IMG/VR virus record: IMGVR_UViG_3300006752_000023
DNA: 64,000 nt
Reading direction: 5' to 3' (one strand)
Origin: an uncultured virus (IMG/VR IMGVR_UViG_3300006752_000023)
Lineage: Duplodnaviria > Heunggongvirae > Uroviricota > Caudoviricetes
This document shows positions 1 to 8,802 of the stretch, piece by piece; the stretch's first letter is position 1; each line of letters opens with the position of its first letter. A model generated the notes under the pieces. The model was not told the origin of the DNA and did no database searches. It saw only the letters and a list, made by a program, of their open reading frames with translations. The position numbers and the translations under genes were made by a program.

Positions 1-571
1 TATTGTGTTCTGCTTGGAATACAAGCATGTAGTTAAAAGTACCAGAGATACCAAGAGGCATAGCATCGGAGAAAGAACCTTGACCGAAAGGATAGACTAG
101 GAATACTGCACTTGCTGCAGCGACTGGAGCAGAATATGCTACACAGATCCAGGGGCGCATACCAAGGCGGTATGAGAGTTCCCATTCACGGCCCATATAG
201 GCATAAATGCCGATAAGGAAGTGAAAGACTACCAGTTGAAAAGGACCGCCGTTATACAACCACTCATCGAGTGATGCGGCTTCCCAGATGGGGTAGAAGT
301 GAAGACCAATTGCGTTGGAGGATGGGACAACTGCACCAGAGATGATGTTGTTTCCATACATGAGTGAACCAGCTACGGGTTCACGGATGCCGTCGATATC
401 GACGGGGGGTGCTGCTACGAAAGCAACGATGAAGCAGATGGTTGCCGCCAACAGAGTTGGGATCATCAGTACACCGAACCAACCGACATACAGACGGTTG
501 TTGGTGGAGGTTACCCACTCGCAGAAATCATTCCACGGGGATGTTTGTTGTCTTGTTAAAGTTGTAGCCAT
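1..571 (-). CDS. psbA: Photosystem II D1 protein, 5' part (runs off window)
   Basis: Not in ORF track. Manual translation from ATG at 571 gives [33 protein letters not shown]... ending [20 protein letters not shown], the D1 sequence. Confidence 0.99.
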   Translation of the reverse strand, partial: MATTLTRQQTSPWNDFCEWVTSTNNRLYVGWFGVLMIPTLLAATICFIVAFVAAPPVDIDGIREPVAGSLMYGNNIISGAVVPSSNAIGLHFYPIWEAASLDEWLYNGGPFQLVVFHFLIGIYAYMGREWELSYRLGMRPWICVAYSAPVAAASAVFLVYPFGQGSFSDAMPLGISGTFNYMLVFQAEHN

Positions 572-584
572 TGTACTTGAAAGA

Positions 585-693
585 AAGTAAGATCATCAGG
601 GAAATGATGGTTTTACTATTCCTATCTCACCCTCAGAGATAGGTATTAAAGACGCTTTTATACACCCTAGAGGTCTTGGTTTACGGGGTGTTC
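585..693 (-). ncRNA. Structured psbA 5' leader, probable PhotoRC-II cis-regulatory RNA
   Basis: Stems visible: CCTATCTC/GAGATAGG (621-643), ACACCC/GGGTGT (~662-691) and ATCATCAGG..AAATGATG (~592-609). Position upstream of cyanophage psbA is where PhotoRC-II occurs. Family identity not verified. Confidence 0.65.
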
Positions 694-722
694 TTGACTG
701 TTACATTTCGTAACTGTGTCTC

Positions 723-756
723 TATTTATATTAGCACATCCTCACATATCTGTCAA
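723..756 (-). promoter_or_regulatory. psbA promoter: sigma70-type TTGACA-N17-(TGc)TAATAT overlapped by T4 late promoter TATAAATA
   Basis: Reverse complement reads TTGACA gatatgtgaggatgtgc TAATAT AAATA. TATAAATA is at 730-723. Confidence 0.85.
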
Positions 757-1854
757 GAGGTGCGTATTGTCAATCCAGTTCTTAAAGCTGGTTCCATACC
801 AATGCCCGTAGGAATTTTCATGGTTATAGACAAGTTCATGTCTACTGTTGGATTTAGCAGAACGAATAGTATCAAAGAAAGATTCATCATAAGAATGATT
901 CCTTGCCATCGTCTCCGCTTCTGACCAGAACATTGTAGCATACTTTGACCCATTTGCGTAGTGCCAAAGGATAAAGTTCTGTACCTCTTCCACATCTGTC
1001 ACAAGCTCTTGTAGAACTGACCTCTTAGACCTCCCATCAAAAATCCATTCACAAACTAAAGAGGTCCAACGAAAATATGTCTCGACCGAACTTGCTTCCA
1101 ACGGTTCAATAAACATTAATCTATTGCCATTCAAGATAACTTTATCATTTTGAATGGGTCTTCTAGCAAGATAGTTCTTAAATTGAATATGTTCCGTACC
1201 TTGAATATCGTAGAGATCTGCTAGATTTTCTTCTGCGTCAGTCTTTGATGTGCAATTGTCATTATACAGGTAACCATAATTAGTATTTGTTTTTCCAGGT
1301 ATAGAGAACATCCAACCATCTGGTGTAGCAATACACCTCGTCCAATGCTGATGAGTATCCACATCATCACTCTTTCCAAGAAGAACACTGTTCAGTGGAT
1401 TCTTTAGCATGTTGTAGTAGGAAAAATCTTTTGGAGTTCCTCTACAGTCAAAGACATAATCACAATCAAGTTCATTGCAATCAGATACATTCTGTTCAAT
1501 AAACTTACATATATTATTTTCTATCATATACTCTCTCAATTTATTGGGAGAATAATGAATAGCCGTATAGTTCATGGGAAAGGGATGGAAGAATTTATCA
1601 TTCTTCTTTCCCCAGTCTTCATATAGAATTCCAGTTTTAAATGTTGCATCAATCGGATTGGAATACCAATCCATGCCAAGGACATCAGAAAGAATCCCAA
1701 CAAAATTTACTAGTGATCCTTGCCCTACTTTTTCAATAGGGATATTAGGATCATAGTAGATTTCAATCTCCACATCATCGCCATAAGTCTGATCCAATAA
1801 AGTTAAGGCAACAGTGAGTCCACCATTGCCACCACCAACTATACCAATTTTCAT
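742..1854 (-). CDS. Flavin-dependent (tryptophan halogenase/PrnA-like) halogenase family protein
   Basis: GxGxxG FAD motif (IVGGGNGG), VGQGS, FDCRG, DGWMFSIP (WxWxIP-like), FIEPLEAS motif. Confidence 0.85.
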   Translation of the reverse strand: MKIGIVGGGNGGLTVALTLLDQTYGDDVEIEIYYDPNIPIEKVGQGSLVNFVGILSDVLGMDWYSNPIDATFKTGILYEDWGKKNDKFFHPFPMNYTAIHYSPNKLREYMIENNICKFIEQNVSDCNELDCDYVFDCRGTPKDFSYYNMLKNPLNSVLLGKSDDVDTHQHWTRCIATPDGWMFSIPGKTNTNYGYLYNDNCTSKTDAEENLADLYDIQGTEHIQFKNYLARRPIQNDKVILNGNRLMFIEPLEASSVETYFRWTSLVCEWIFDGRSKRSVLQELVTDVEEVQNFILWHYANGSKYATMFWSEAETMARNHSYDESFFDTIRSAKSNSRHELVYNHENSYGHWYGTSFKNWIDNTHLLTDM

Positions 1855-2015
1855 CTCGTAAATTCTTGAAGAAGATCTAGGACTTTATCTAGAGAATAGT
1901 GAGCACCGTCGTGCCATTGCCCAGGACGGGTATCATAATTACCATCATAAAGTTCATTCTTTAGCTTATAGACTCTCGCAAGAATATCGTTTTTTGTCAC
2001 AGATCCATGAGGCAT
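1851..2015 (-). CDS. Small hypothetical protein (54 aa)
   Basis: Manual ORF MPHGSVTKNDILARVYKLKNELYDG...QEFTR*. Fills the gap and overlaps the halogenase start (ATGA). Confidence 0.75.
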   Translation of the reverse strand: MPHGSVTKNDILARVYKLKNELYDGNYDTRPGQWHDGAHYSLDKVLDLLQEFTR

Positions 2016-2018
2016 AAT

Positions 2019-2282
2019 TTACATTCCAGGAATAGGAAGACCAGTTGTTTTGGGAAGAGAATCAGGAACAGCACCACCAGTCATACTAGGAATCTCTGGC
2101 ATAGCACCATTGATCATACTAGGAAGTGCATCGGTTAATGCCTTTGTAATCTCTTCTGTTGCCTGTTCTTTTACCTTCTCAATCATAGCGTCTTTATTCA
2201 GATAAAGATACGCTCCGCCACCTACGATAACCGTAGATACACCGAATGAAATGAGAGATAGAACATTAATTAGTTTTTGCAT
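2019..2282 (-). CDS. Hypothetical membrane-anchored protein
   Basis: N-terminal hydrophobic helix, Pro/Gly-rich tail, GGGG RBS-like site upstream. Confidence 0.75.
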   Translation of the reverse strand: MQKLINVLSLISFGVSTVIVGGGAYLYLNKDAMIEKVKEQATEEITKALTDALPSMINGAMPEIPSMTGGAVPDSLPKTTGLPIPGM

Positions 2283-2290
2283 TCCCCTAC

Positions 2291-2320
2291 AAAAAAGGAC
2301 ACCTTATATAGGTGCCCCTT
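2291..2320 (-). terminator. Rho-independent terminator
   Basis: GGGCACCT-atata-AGGTGTCC hairpin followed by a T-run on the minus strand. Confidence 0.7.
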
Positions 2321-2327
2321 CATTATA

Positions 2328-2855
2328 CTACAGCAGATCTTTTAATTGTTTATACATGTTTTCAGGTGAAGACACTTCGTAAGGATCCTCTAGCAAATTG
2401 TTTTCTTTGCCAGGTTCTTCTAACATTAATTTAATCTCTGCATCCTCAACATAACAAGAGTATCTCCAAGAACGAATACCAAATCCTATACATTCTTTCT
2501 TGACACGCATACCCATTTTTTCAGCAAAATATGCATTGCCATCGGGGAGCATCTCTACATTTTTAATATCTAGAGACTTTGCCCAGGCTTCCATTACATA
2601 GTCGTCATTGACACTGGTGCAATAAATTGCATCAATGCCAAAGTCCTTTGCAAATTTATCAAAAAGCAAATCGTATGTAGGAAGCATTTCGTTTGAACAT
2701 GTAGGAGTAAATGCTCCTGGCACTCCAAACAAAATTACTTTCTTATTAATAAAGAAAAATGGAGAGTCTTGATACACTGGGGGTTCCAAGTTTCCATCTT
2801 CATCAGGGATAACAGATCCTTGAAGAATAAATTCAGAGAAAGGAATACGATTCAT
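2328..2855 (-). CDS. Peroxiredoxin (Prx5/type II redoxin)
   Basis: VILFGVPGAFTPTCS peroxidatic motif, SVND.YVM.AW, PDGN, RSWRY. Confidence 0.93.
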   Translation of the reverse strand: MNRIPFSEFILQGSVIPDEDGNLEPPVYQDSPFFFINKKVILFGVPGAFTPTCSNEMLPTYDLLFDKFAKDFGIDAIYCTSVNDDYVMEAWAKSLDIKNVEMLPDGNAYFAEKMGMRVKKECIGFGIRSWRYSCYVEDAEIKLMLEEPGKENNLLEDPYEVSSPENMYKQLKDLL

Positions 2856-2856
2856 G

Positions 2857-2970
2857 TTAGATAGGTTGCATTAGTCCACCACCGGGACCATCATCATCAC
2901 CGCCATCCATATCAGTGAGCACCGAGTTAATAACAAAAGCGCAAATCATACAGATAGATAGTAGAAGCAT
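2857..2970 (-). CDS. Small membrane peptide (37 aa) with DDDGPGGGLMQP tail
   Basis: Manual ORF MLLLSICMICAFVINSVLTDMDGGDDDGPGGGLMQPI*, translationally coupled to hli (TAATG). Confidence 0.75.
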   Translation of the reverse strand: MLLLSICMICAFVINSVLTDMDGGDDDGPGGGLMQPI

Positions 2971-3089
2971 TATAGTATACCAGGAATGATCTGTCCAGTG
3001 GTCAAGTAAGTGCCAACAGCAATGACAAATCCAAGCATTGCCAAACGAGAGTTGAGGAGCTCTGCCTCAGGGGTGAATCCGAATTTCAT
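2970..3089 (-). CDS. hli: High-light-inducible protein (39 aa)
   Basis: Manual ORF MKFGFTPEAELLNSRLAMLGFVIAVGTYLTTGQIIPGIL* with ExxNxRxAM chlorophyll-binding motif and TGQIIPG tail. Confidence 0.95.
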   Translation of the reverse strand: MKFGFTPEAELLNSRLAMLGFVIAVGTYLTTGQIIPGIL

Positions 3090-3322
3090 GATTGTTCCTC
3101 TAGTGTAAGATAAAATTTAGTTTGATCTACTGGCAATTTTGATGCCGGATCGTAGATAGATGAATCGCCATAAGTTTTATGGTCTTTGTATCCAACCATA
3201 CGACCTTTCGTATTTTGGAGTGCTGCCATCATAGCAATGATGAGAAAGATTGCTGGTGGTCCAATGATAAGAGCCCCACCAATCACATAGTAAGTGAGTA
3301 ATTCAATTAAAGAAGTTTCCAT
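3086..3322 (-). CDS. Hypothetical membrane protein between hli genes
   Basis: 78-aa ORF with one hydrophobic helix, tightly packed with neighbours. Confidence 0.75.
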   Translation of the reverse strand: METSLIELLTYYVIGGALIIGPPAIFLIIAMMAALQNTKGRMVGYKDHKTYGDSSIYDPASKLPVDQTKFYLTLEEQS

Positions 3323-3532
3323 TCAAAGGATACCAAAAAAGAAGTTGCCGGTGATAGCATACGAAATGAATCCTGCGACAATGCCCATCATAGCATAACG
3401 ACCGTTAAGTTTTTCAGATCTCTCTGCATATGTCTCAAGACCATAACGCTCTGCGTCTGTCTCGGAGATATACATTCTAGGTTCAGTAGCATACATGTTT
3501 GTACGACCACCATCTTCAGTTGTTACGGTCAT
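3323..3532 (-). CDS. hli: High-light-inducible protein
   Basis: EKLNGRYAMMG motif followed by a TM helix; N-terminal MYATEPRMY typical of cyanophage Hli. Confidence 0.95.
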   Translation of the reverse strand: MTVTTEDGGRTNMYATEPRMYISETDAERYGLETYAERSEKLNGRYAMMGIVAGFISYAITGNFFFGIL

Positions 3533-3588
3533 GTTACACTCCGTTATAAATCTTTACATATTATATAGGAAATATAAGATCCTGTCAA
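3533..3588 (-). promoter_or_regulatory. Consensus sigma70 promoter (TTGACA-N17-TATAAT) with HLR1-like direct repeats over the start site
   Basis: TTGACA 3588-3583, TATAAT 3565-3560. Plus strand GTTACACT-cc-GTTATAAA-tc-TTTACATA at 3533-3560. Confidence 0.85.
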
Positions 3589-3589
3589 G

Positions 3590-3799
3590 TCAATAATCCA
3601 TGTTACCACCATAACGGATGCAAGTCTTTTTGTTTTCTGCTGATGACCTACACCACTGTCTCACATAAGCATCTGCATCTCTACTCATGGAGAAGTGTGC
3701 ATGGTTGTGGAGCATCCCAATCATAATCAACACTCCAATAGACATCACATTAAAGTGTGTAGCAGGATGAGTGACGATCTTTACAAAATAATTTCGCAT
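3590..3799 (-). CDS. Hypothetical protein (TM helix, two Cys)
   Basis: ORF track 3590-3835; likely start is ATG 3799 (MRNYF), just after the terminator. Confidence 0.65.
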   Translation of the reverse strand: MRNYFVKIVTHPATHFNVMSIGVLIMIGMLHNHAHFSMSRDADAYVRQWCRSSAENKKTCIRYGGNMDY

Positions 3800-3826
3800 A
3801 AAAAAGGGGATGCCGTCGCACCCCCA
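3800..3826 (-). terminator. Rho-independent terminator
   Basis: GGGGTGC-gacg-GCATCCC hairpin plus T-run downstream of the beta-barrel gene. Confidence 0.8.
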
Positions 3827-3863
3827 GTATAACATCTAGATATTTACTTGTCTATATGAACAA

Positions 3864-4235
3864 TCAGAAGTTGTACTTGACGCCCAACTTAGCTCCATAT
3901 CCACGGTCAAGATCTTCGTCACCAGAACCGATGAACGATACTTCACCATATGCACCGAGGTTGTCGGTGACAGCGAGTCCAAGACCAGCTTTACCTGAGG
4001 GAACCGTATCGCTCTCGCCACTGTCAGGGGAGACTACACTAGCGCCGCCTTGAACATAGTACGAAGCGGACTCACCGAGTGCGCCTTCATATCCTACATG
4101 AAGATCTGTCGTGGTCGAATTGTAGTCGGATCCAGTCCAACCAGAATTAGCCTCGACATTGACATAGGGTCCTGCAAAGACAGCGCCAGCAGAAGCAAAC
4201 AGAGCAGCGGTGGCTGCGAATACAGATTTAAACAT
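3864..4235 (-). CDS. Small outer-membrane beta-barrel-like protein with signal peptide
   Basis: Signal peptide ending AVFA, alternating amphipathic strands, C-terminal GVKYNF (BAM-type terminal Phe). Confidence 0.75.
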   Translation of the reverse strand: MFKSVFAATAALFASAGAVFAGPYVNVEANSGWTGSDYNSTTTDLHVGYEGALGESASYYVQGGASVVSPDSGESDTVPSGKAGLGLAVTDNLGAYGEVSFIGSGDEDLDRGYGAKLGVKYNF

Positions 4236-4337
4236 TTGAAAATTCCTTTAAGTATATCTCGTGGAGTATCCCACGGATGATAGAGAGATCGACATTCTCT
4301 CGCTTTAGATACGAACTGTCACATGTGACAGTTGTAA

Positions 4338-4345
4338 TATTTATA
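4338..4345 (-). promoter_or_regulatory. T4-type late promoter TATAAATA
   Basis: Exact match upstream of the structured leader of 3864-4235. Confidence 0.8.
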
Positions 4346-4349
4346 CATG

Positions 4350-5138
4350 TTACTTCCCTTCAAAACCAGGAGGAAGTCTGCCAAGGTAGGGATTGAGATC
4401 AAAGAATTGATTCCAATCCTCAACCATATTAGCATCATTCTTCCAAAAGTTCCAGAGGGCATCATGACATTGACGATGATATACATCAACATGAATGTTA
4501 TGAATATCTGACCCAAGTGCAATCTTATACATGAGTATAGGCATTGCGTAGGTCATCCCGCTATTGTAGATGAGATCATCTGCAACTGCACGGGGTTTTA
4601 TTCTACCATCTAACTTGTACTTCCCTTTCCTTGTGTAAAGGTCTAGTAACTTTTGCCCGTATCTACGATTGATAACATAAGCAGCCGTTGAGAAGTCGTT
4701 AATGAACCTGTAGTGCATTTGCATTACAGGGACAGCAGGATTGATGATTGCAATTTGGAGACAGTCCCATGCAGCAGGTGCATTACGGAAGAAGTCTTTC
4801 CAAGAGAATGGCCAATGCTTGACCACATCAAGATCGCAATCATCTTCCATCATTATAGCATACTCTTCTTCAGAGTTGCTCAACCAATGATGGATAGCCT
4901 TGAGATGAGATGTGACGCATCCAATCTCGCCCGAAGACATGTTGTCGGGGTACTTCCCTGCAATGATGTCACTAAGATCATCATCACGACCATCATAAGC
5001 AGAAATCCTAGTGTTTTCTACTTCCCAATAGGCAAATTGATTCTCCATCCACTGACGGCGATCGTCTTTGCCATCAAGATTCAACCAATAGACATGGGGC
5101 AAATCTTTTAACTTGTGTACTGATTTATTTTTGTCCAT
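4350..5138 (-). CDS. Glycosyltransferase family 25
   Basis: YWLNL..RR, GEIGCVTSHL, MEDD motifs of GT25. Confidence 0.88.
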   Translation of the reverse strand: MDKNKSVHKLKDLPHVYWLNLDGKDDRRQWMENQFAYWEVENTRISAYDGRDDDLSDIIAGKYPDNMSSGEIGCVTSHLKAIHHWLSNSEEEYAIMMEDDCDLDVVKHWPFSWKDFFRNAPAAWDCLQIAIINPAVPVMQMHYRFINDFSTAAYVINRRYGQKLLDLYTRKGKYKLDGRIKPRAVADDLIYNSGMTYAMPILMYKIALGSDIHNIHVDVYHRQCHDALWNFWKNDANMVEDWNQFFDLNPYLGRLPPGFEGK

Positions 5139-6078
5139 GCTTGGCAATCACTTTCTGTACATTAGGAAGATAATGCTTCTGTAAGACTGATGTCCAGTCA
5201 AACTCTTTTGCATACTCTAGAATTTCTTCACGATGGGATACCGAGTACTCCCGATTCTTAATTATAGCATACTCTACGAATTCTACATCATCAATCTTAG
5301 ATTCTGGGATGACTGTGATGAATTCCCTATCAGTATCAAGGTTTGCTTGAGCGAACTCGCTTACTACTACACCAAGACCAGAAGCAAAGGCTTCCATAAT
5401 GACGAGAGAGTGTGCCTCACCGTCAGATAGAAGGACAAGGTTGCCATAATCAGTTAGATAATCATGAAGATACTCCTTCTTCCATTCACCAAGATAGTTC
5501 TTGTTAGGATTAAATTTCTTATCTGCAATATTACCAGCAAAGAACAAACTATCAATAGACTGAAACTTATGCTGACGCTTACGATAATCAACCTTAGCAA
5601 GGTAGATACTACGATCAGGAAACTCTGGAGTATCAGTAGTACGGAACAACTCTAAGTTGACACCATTAGGTACGATGTATAATTTATCCTTAGGGATATC
5701 CCCAAGGATATGATATGCTTTCTGAATACCTTCAGAGAGACAGAATACATTTGGTCGGGTCTTCTGAAACTGACCAAAGATCTGCCCATACCCATTCATC
5801 TTATGGGACTGCTCAAGGTAGGCGAAGTGAGTTGTACATGCACAAGGGTACTGCACATAAGGATAGAGAACAACCCAGTCATCATAATGAATATGTACGA
5901 AGTCAGGACGAAATTCATTGATCCTTTTGATGATCTCTCTAGGACTTGAGATATTAATGATGTCAACTTCATGTCCCAGTTTATTTAAGGTAAGTTTATA
6001 GTCCCAGATTAAACTTTCTACTGCACCCCAACCTACTGGAGGGATAGCAGTAGCTGGTCCAATAATAGAAAATCTCAT
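5125..6078 (-). CDS. GT-B glycosyltransferase (GT4-like)
   Basis: IPPVGWGAVE, VPNGV, EAHSLVIMEAFASGLGVV (Ex7E motif). Confidence 0.85.
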   Translation of the reverse strand: MRFSIIGPATAIPPVGWGAVESLIWDYKLTLNKLGHEVDIINISSPREIIKRINEFRPDFVHIHYDDWVVLYPYVQYPCACTTHFAYLEQSHKMNGYGQIFGQFQKTRPNVFCLSEGIQKAYHILGDIPKDKLYIVPNGVNLELFRTTDTPEFPDRSIYLAKVDYRKRQHKFQSIDSLFFAGNIADKKFNPNKNYLGEWKKEYLHDYLTDYGNLVLLSDGEAHSLVIMEAFASGLGVVVSEFAQANLDTDREFITVIPESKIDDVEFVEYAIIKNREYSVSHREEILEYAKEFDWTSVLQKHYLPNVQKVIAKHGQK

Positions 6079-7037
6079 AATAACGATTGCAACTTCGGAA
6101 TGTATTCATAAGCAAGAATGTTTTCAAGACCGAACTGGTTAATGCCGTATTCTCTGATCTCTTTTCTATGCTGCTTCGATACTTTTTTATTATTCTCAAT
6201 CACATTGAGAATGTAATCGATATTATTTATTTTACTTTCTGGGATGACATCAATCCAAGGTTTTGATGTATCAAGTTCAGGAGTAATAGCTTCTGAACAC
6301 ACAACTCCTAGTCCACAAATAAGTCCTTCCTTAATTACAAGAGGGGTTGTATTTTCAACCTCACTTAGAAGAGCAATATTTGAGTAGCAAGTAATGAAGT
6401 CGTTGAGTTTTTCTCTAACAACTTCTCCTTTATAGTTTTTATTTTTACCATCAAACTTACCACCAAACTCCATGCGACCCATGAAATCAACAGTATCTAT
6501 ACCTTCTAGAAGATACTGACGCTTACGATCTACAATTTGAGAGAAGCACAATGTTCTATCCCAACTAGCAAACTCATCGAACTTATATGGATAAGGACGA
6601 ACACCAAGTTTACTCAACCAAACACGGTTGGGATTAGCTCCAAGTTCTGTCCAAGTATCCATATCTTTCTGCGAAGAGCAGAAGATATGAAAGTTTCTAT
6701 TGGCAGCATAACTCTCAGCCACAGGTCCATAACCATCTCTACCCCACATGTGAGGAGTATTGACATATGGATAGTGACTAGAGACAATCAATGCCTTACA
6801 CAAAGGAACTAAGTCTTTAATAATGTCATGGAAGACATCGTAATGTAGGTGAACTACATCATACTTACCATGCTCTACTTCAAATTTAATTAGTTCTCTA
6901 TCTGGAGTGTTGATAATCTCAACACGATGTCCAAGTTCTCTAAGAATTACAGTGTAATCCCAGATCAACATTTCAACAGCACCCCAACCATCGGGTGGGA
7001 TTTCCATAATACCAGGACCAACTAAAGCGATCTTCAT
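6075..7037 (-). CDS. GT-B glycosyltransferase (GT4-like), paralog of neighbour
   Basis: IPPDGWGAVEMLIWDY, PLVIKEGLICGLGVV; shares motifs with 5125-6078. Confidence 0.82.
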   Translation of the reverse strand: MKIALVGPGIMEIPPDGWGAVEMLIWDYTVILRELGHRVEIINTPDRELIKFEVEHGKYDVVHLHYDVFHDIIKDLVPLCKALIVSSHYPYVNTPHMWGRDGYGPVAESYAANRNFHIFCSSQKDMDTWTELGANPNRVWLSKLGVRPYPYKFDEFASWDRTLCFSQIVDRKRQYLLEGIDTVDFMGRMEFGGKFDGKNKNYKGEVVREKLNDFITCYSNIALLSEVENTTPLVIKEGLICGLGVVCSEAITPELDTSKPWIDVIPESKINNIDYILNVIENNKKVSKQHRKEIREYGINQFGLENILAYEYIPKLQSLL

Positions 7038-7873
7038 TGGTAATCCTCCCAATACATAGTTTTTTTAATTTGATCAATGAACCCAGGACTATGAAACTTC
7101 AGTGAATCTACATTCTCACATGCACTATGGAATGCAAAGATCTTTTTATACTCATCTTCCTGTGGATTCTTTCCACAAAAAATACCGTCTTCCAATTTCA
7201 AGTCTTGCTGATCAGCTGCAGCACAATGATTAAAAGATCCATTGGTAAACTTATATCCACCAACTTCATTTAAAGTAAGACAAAGAATCAGTTCATCAGT
7301 CACCCCATTATGAGTACCAGATTTACCAAAGATGTCCTCAAAGATTTCATTGTATCTTACAAACAATTTATCATGCTTGTCTTTCTGAAACAAGAAAGCA
7401 CCTGAAGCTCCATAAACATATTCAGAATGATCATCAGGTAGATAATTTGCCATTCCGGTTCTATCTACAATTACATTTCTAAAGTAATCTTCAAGAGTAG
7501 GAACCCACCAATGACGGGTGAGTAAGAAATCATCTTCTGCTTCTTCGATTAGTTCATCAACACGGTCATTGACAATAACACAATCAGTGTCAAGGTAAAT
7601 GCAATGATCTGTTTCTACATGCTTATAAAGATTGTACCGCTCCTTCCAGATGTGTGGTTGGAACCAGTTGCGATCATCTTCATTCTCTACTTTCTCAGCC
7701 TTACCACTAACAATTTTTACTTTAGGATCGTCAATCTCCAGACGATCTTCCATGTCAATGATAAGAATTTCATGATCTTGTTTAATACGCTCAAGAGACT
7801 CACATGCTCTCATGAGATTGGTGTAATACTTATCGTCACCACCAACGATAAAACCAAAGGTTAATTTACTCAT
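7034..7873 (-). CDS. Putative GT-A fold glycosyltransferase (GT8-like)
   Basis: CIYLDTDC DxD motif, SGAFLF, TDE motif; lies in the glycan island. Confidence 0.65.
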   Translation of the reverse strand: MSKLTFGFIVGGDDKYYTNLMRACESLERIKQDHEILIIDMEDRLEIDDPKVKIVSGKAEKVENEDDRNWFQPHIWKERYNLYKHVETDHCIYLDTDCVIVNDRVDELIEEAEDDFLLTRHWWVPTLEDYFRNVIVDRTGMANYLPDDHSEYVYGASGAFLFQKDKHDKLFVRYNEIFEDIFGKSGTHNGVTDELILCLTLNEVGGYKFTNGSFNHCAAADQQDLKLEDGIFCGKNPQEDEYKKIFAFHSACENVDSLKFHSPGFIDQIKKTMYWEDYQ

Positions 7874-8802
7874 AGCAATTTAAGGAGTCCGTTTATACGA
7901 TTGACATATGTATGATGCTCTTTAGTGTAATTCATCTGCCTGAGAATAAGTTCTTTGTCGTCCTTATACTTCAGACCAGTCTCAAAAAGATCACCAATGC
8001 TTTCCCTACAGATAACTTCAGGTCCAGCAAAGGCAGCAAGTTTGGGAGAATTAGTAAGACCAAGATGACCATAACTCATAGACTTAAAAACTCTACAGGT
8101 TTTAGTACCCCATCTTTTATGAGTATCATTCCTGAGATCTGGATTCATAAAAGACTTCTGCATGAGATCTCTCATAACAGATCCATCTAAAGGATTAGTC
8201 CATGGATTAGACCATGCAGTCTTGACTCCTATTTTAGCACACAATGTTCCAAACTCTTGGATTAAGTGAGCATTCTTAAAGCGTCCTTCATGAGAGATAC
8301 TTCCAATGAAATAGAAGACATCATCTCTTGGAATGTTTATCCACTCTTCATCAAATTCTTCAGGCATAAGATCAGTTGCCCATGCAATATAGGCAATCTC
8401 ATATCCCTTATCTCTAGATGACAAACGATCAACACATACACCTGTGTCTAGCTCTTCAAAATCATTCAGGTCATGGTGAAACTCATAGTTATCCTTGTCC
8501 ATACTATCTTGATGATAGCGCATGTCAATTAGTTTCTTACAATTACCAAGATACTTTTCTGGATTAACACAGACATGCACATAATATACACAACTTGCTA
8601 GAACTGGAATGTTCTTGTCAGCATATCCTTCGGTAAAAAATACGCAATCTTCATAATCAAAGTCTGAGTGATCAGGATATTCATCATCATGAAACCAATG
8701 AACTTGATGTCCCGATCTTTCTAGGGCTTTTTTAAATCCCTCATGAACATAAGAATATGTGTCAGAGTGTAAGGGATACCCCCATAGTACACACTTCATC
8801 AT
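7870..8802 (-). CDS. Putative glycosyltransferase (CgeB/Glyco_trans_1_2-like)
   Basis: YFIGS, CRVFK, C-terminal EHHTYVNRI motif; island context. Confidence 0.65.
   Translation of the reverse strand: MMKCVLWGYPLHSDTYSYVHEGFKKALERSGHQVHWFHDDEYPDHSDFDYEDCVFFTEGYADKNIPVLASCVYYVHVCVNPEKYLGNCKKLIDMRYHQDSMDKDNYEFHHDLNDFEELDTGVCVDRLSSRDKGYEIAYIAWATDLMPEEFDEEWINIPRDDVFYFIGSISHEGRFKNAHLIQEFGTLCAKIGVKTAWSNPWTNPLDGSVMRDLMQKSFMNPDLRNDTHKRWGTKTCRVFKSMSYGHLGLTNSPKLAAFAGPEVICRESIGDLFETGLKYKDDKELILRQMNYTKEHHTYVNRINGLLKLL

Noticed and set aside
315..590. 91-aa plus-strand ORF
   Set aside because: Antisense shadow of psbA, which is unambiguous on the minus strand.
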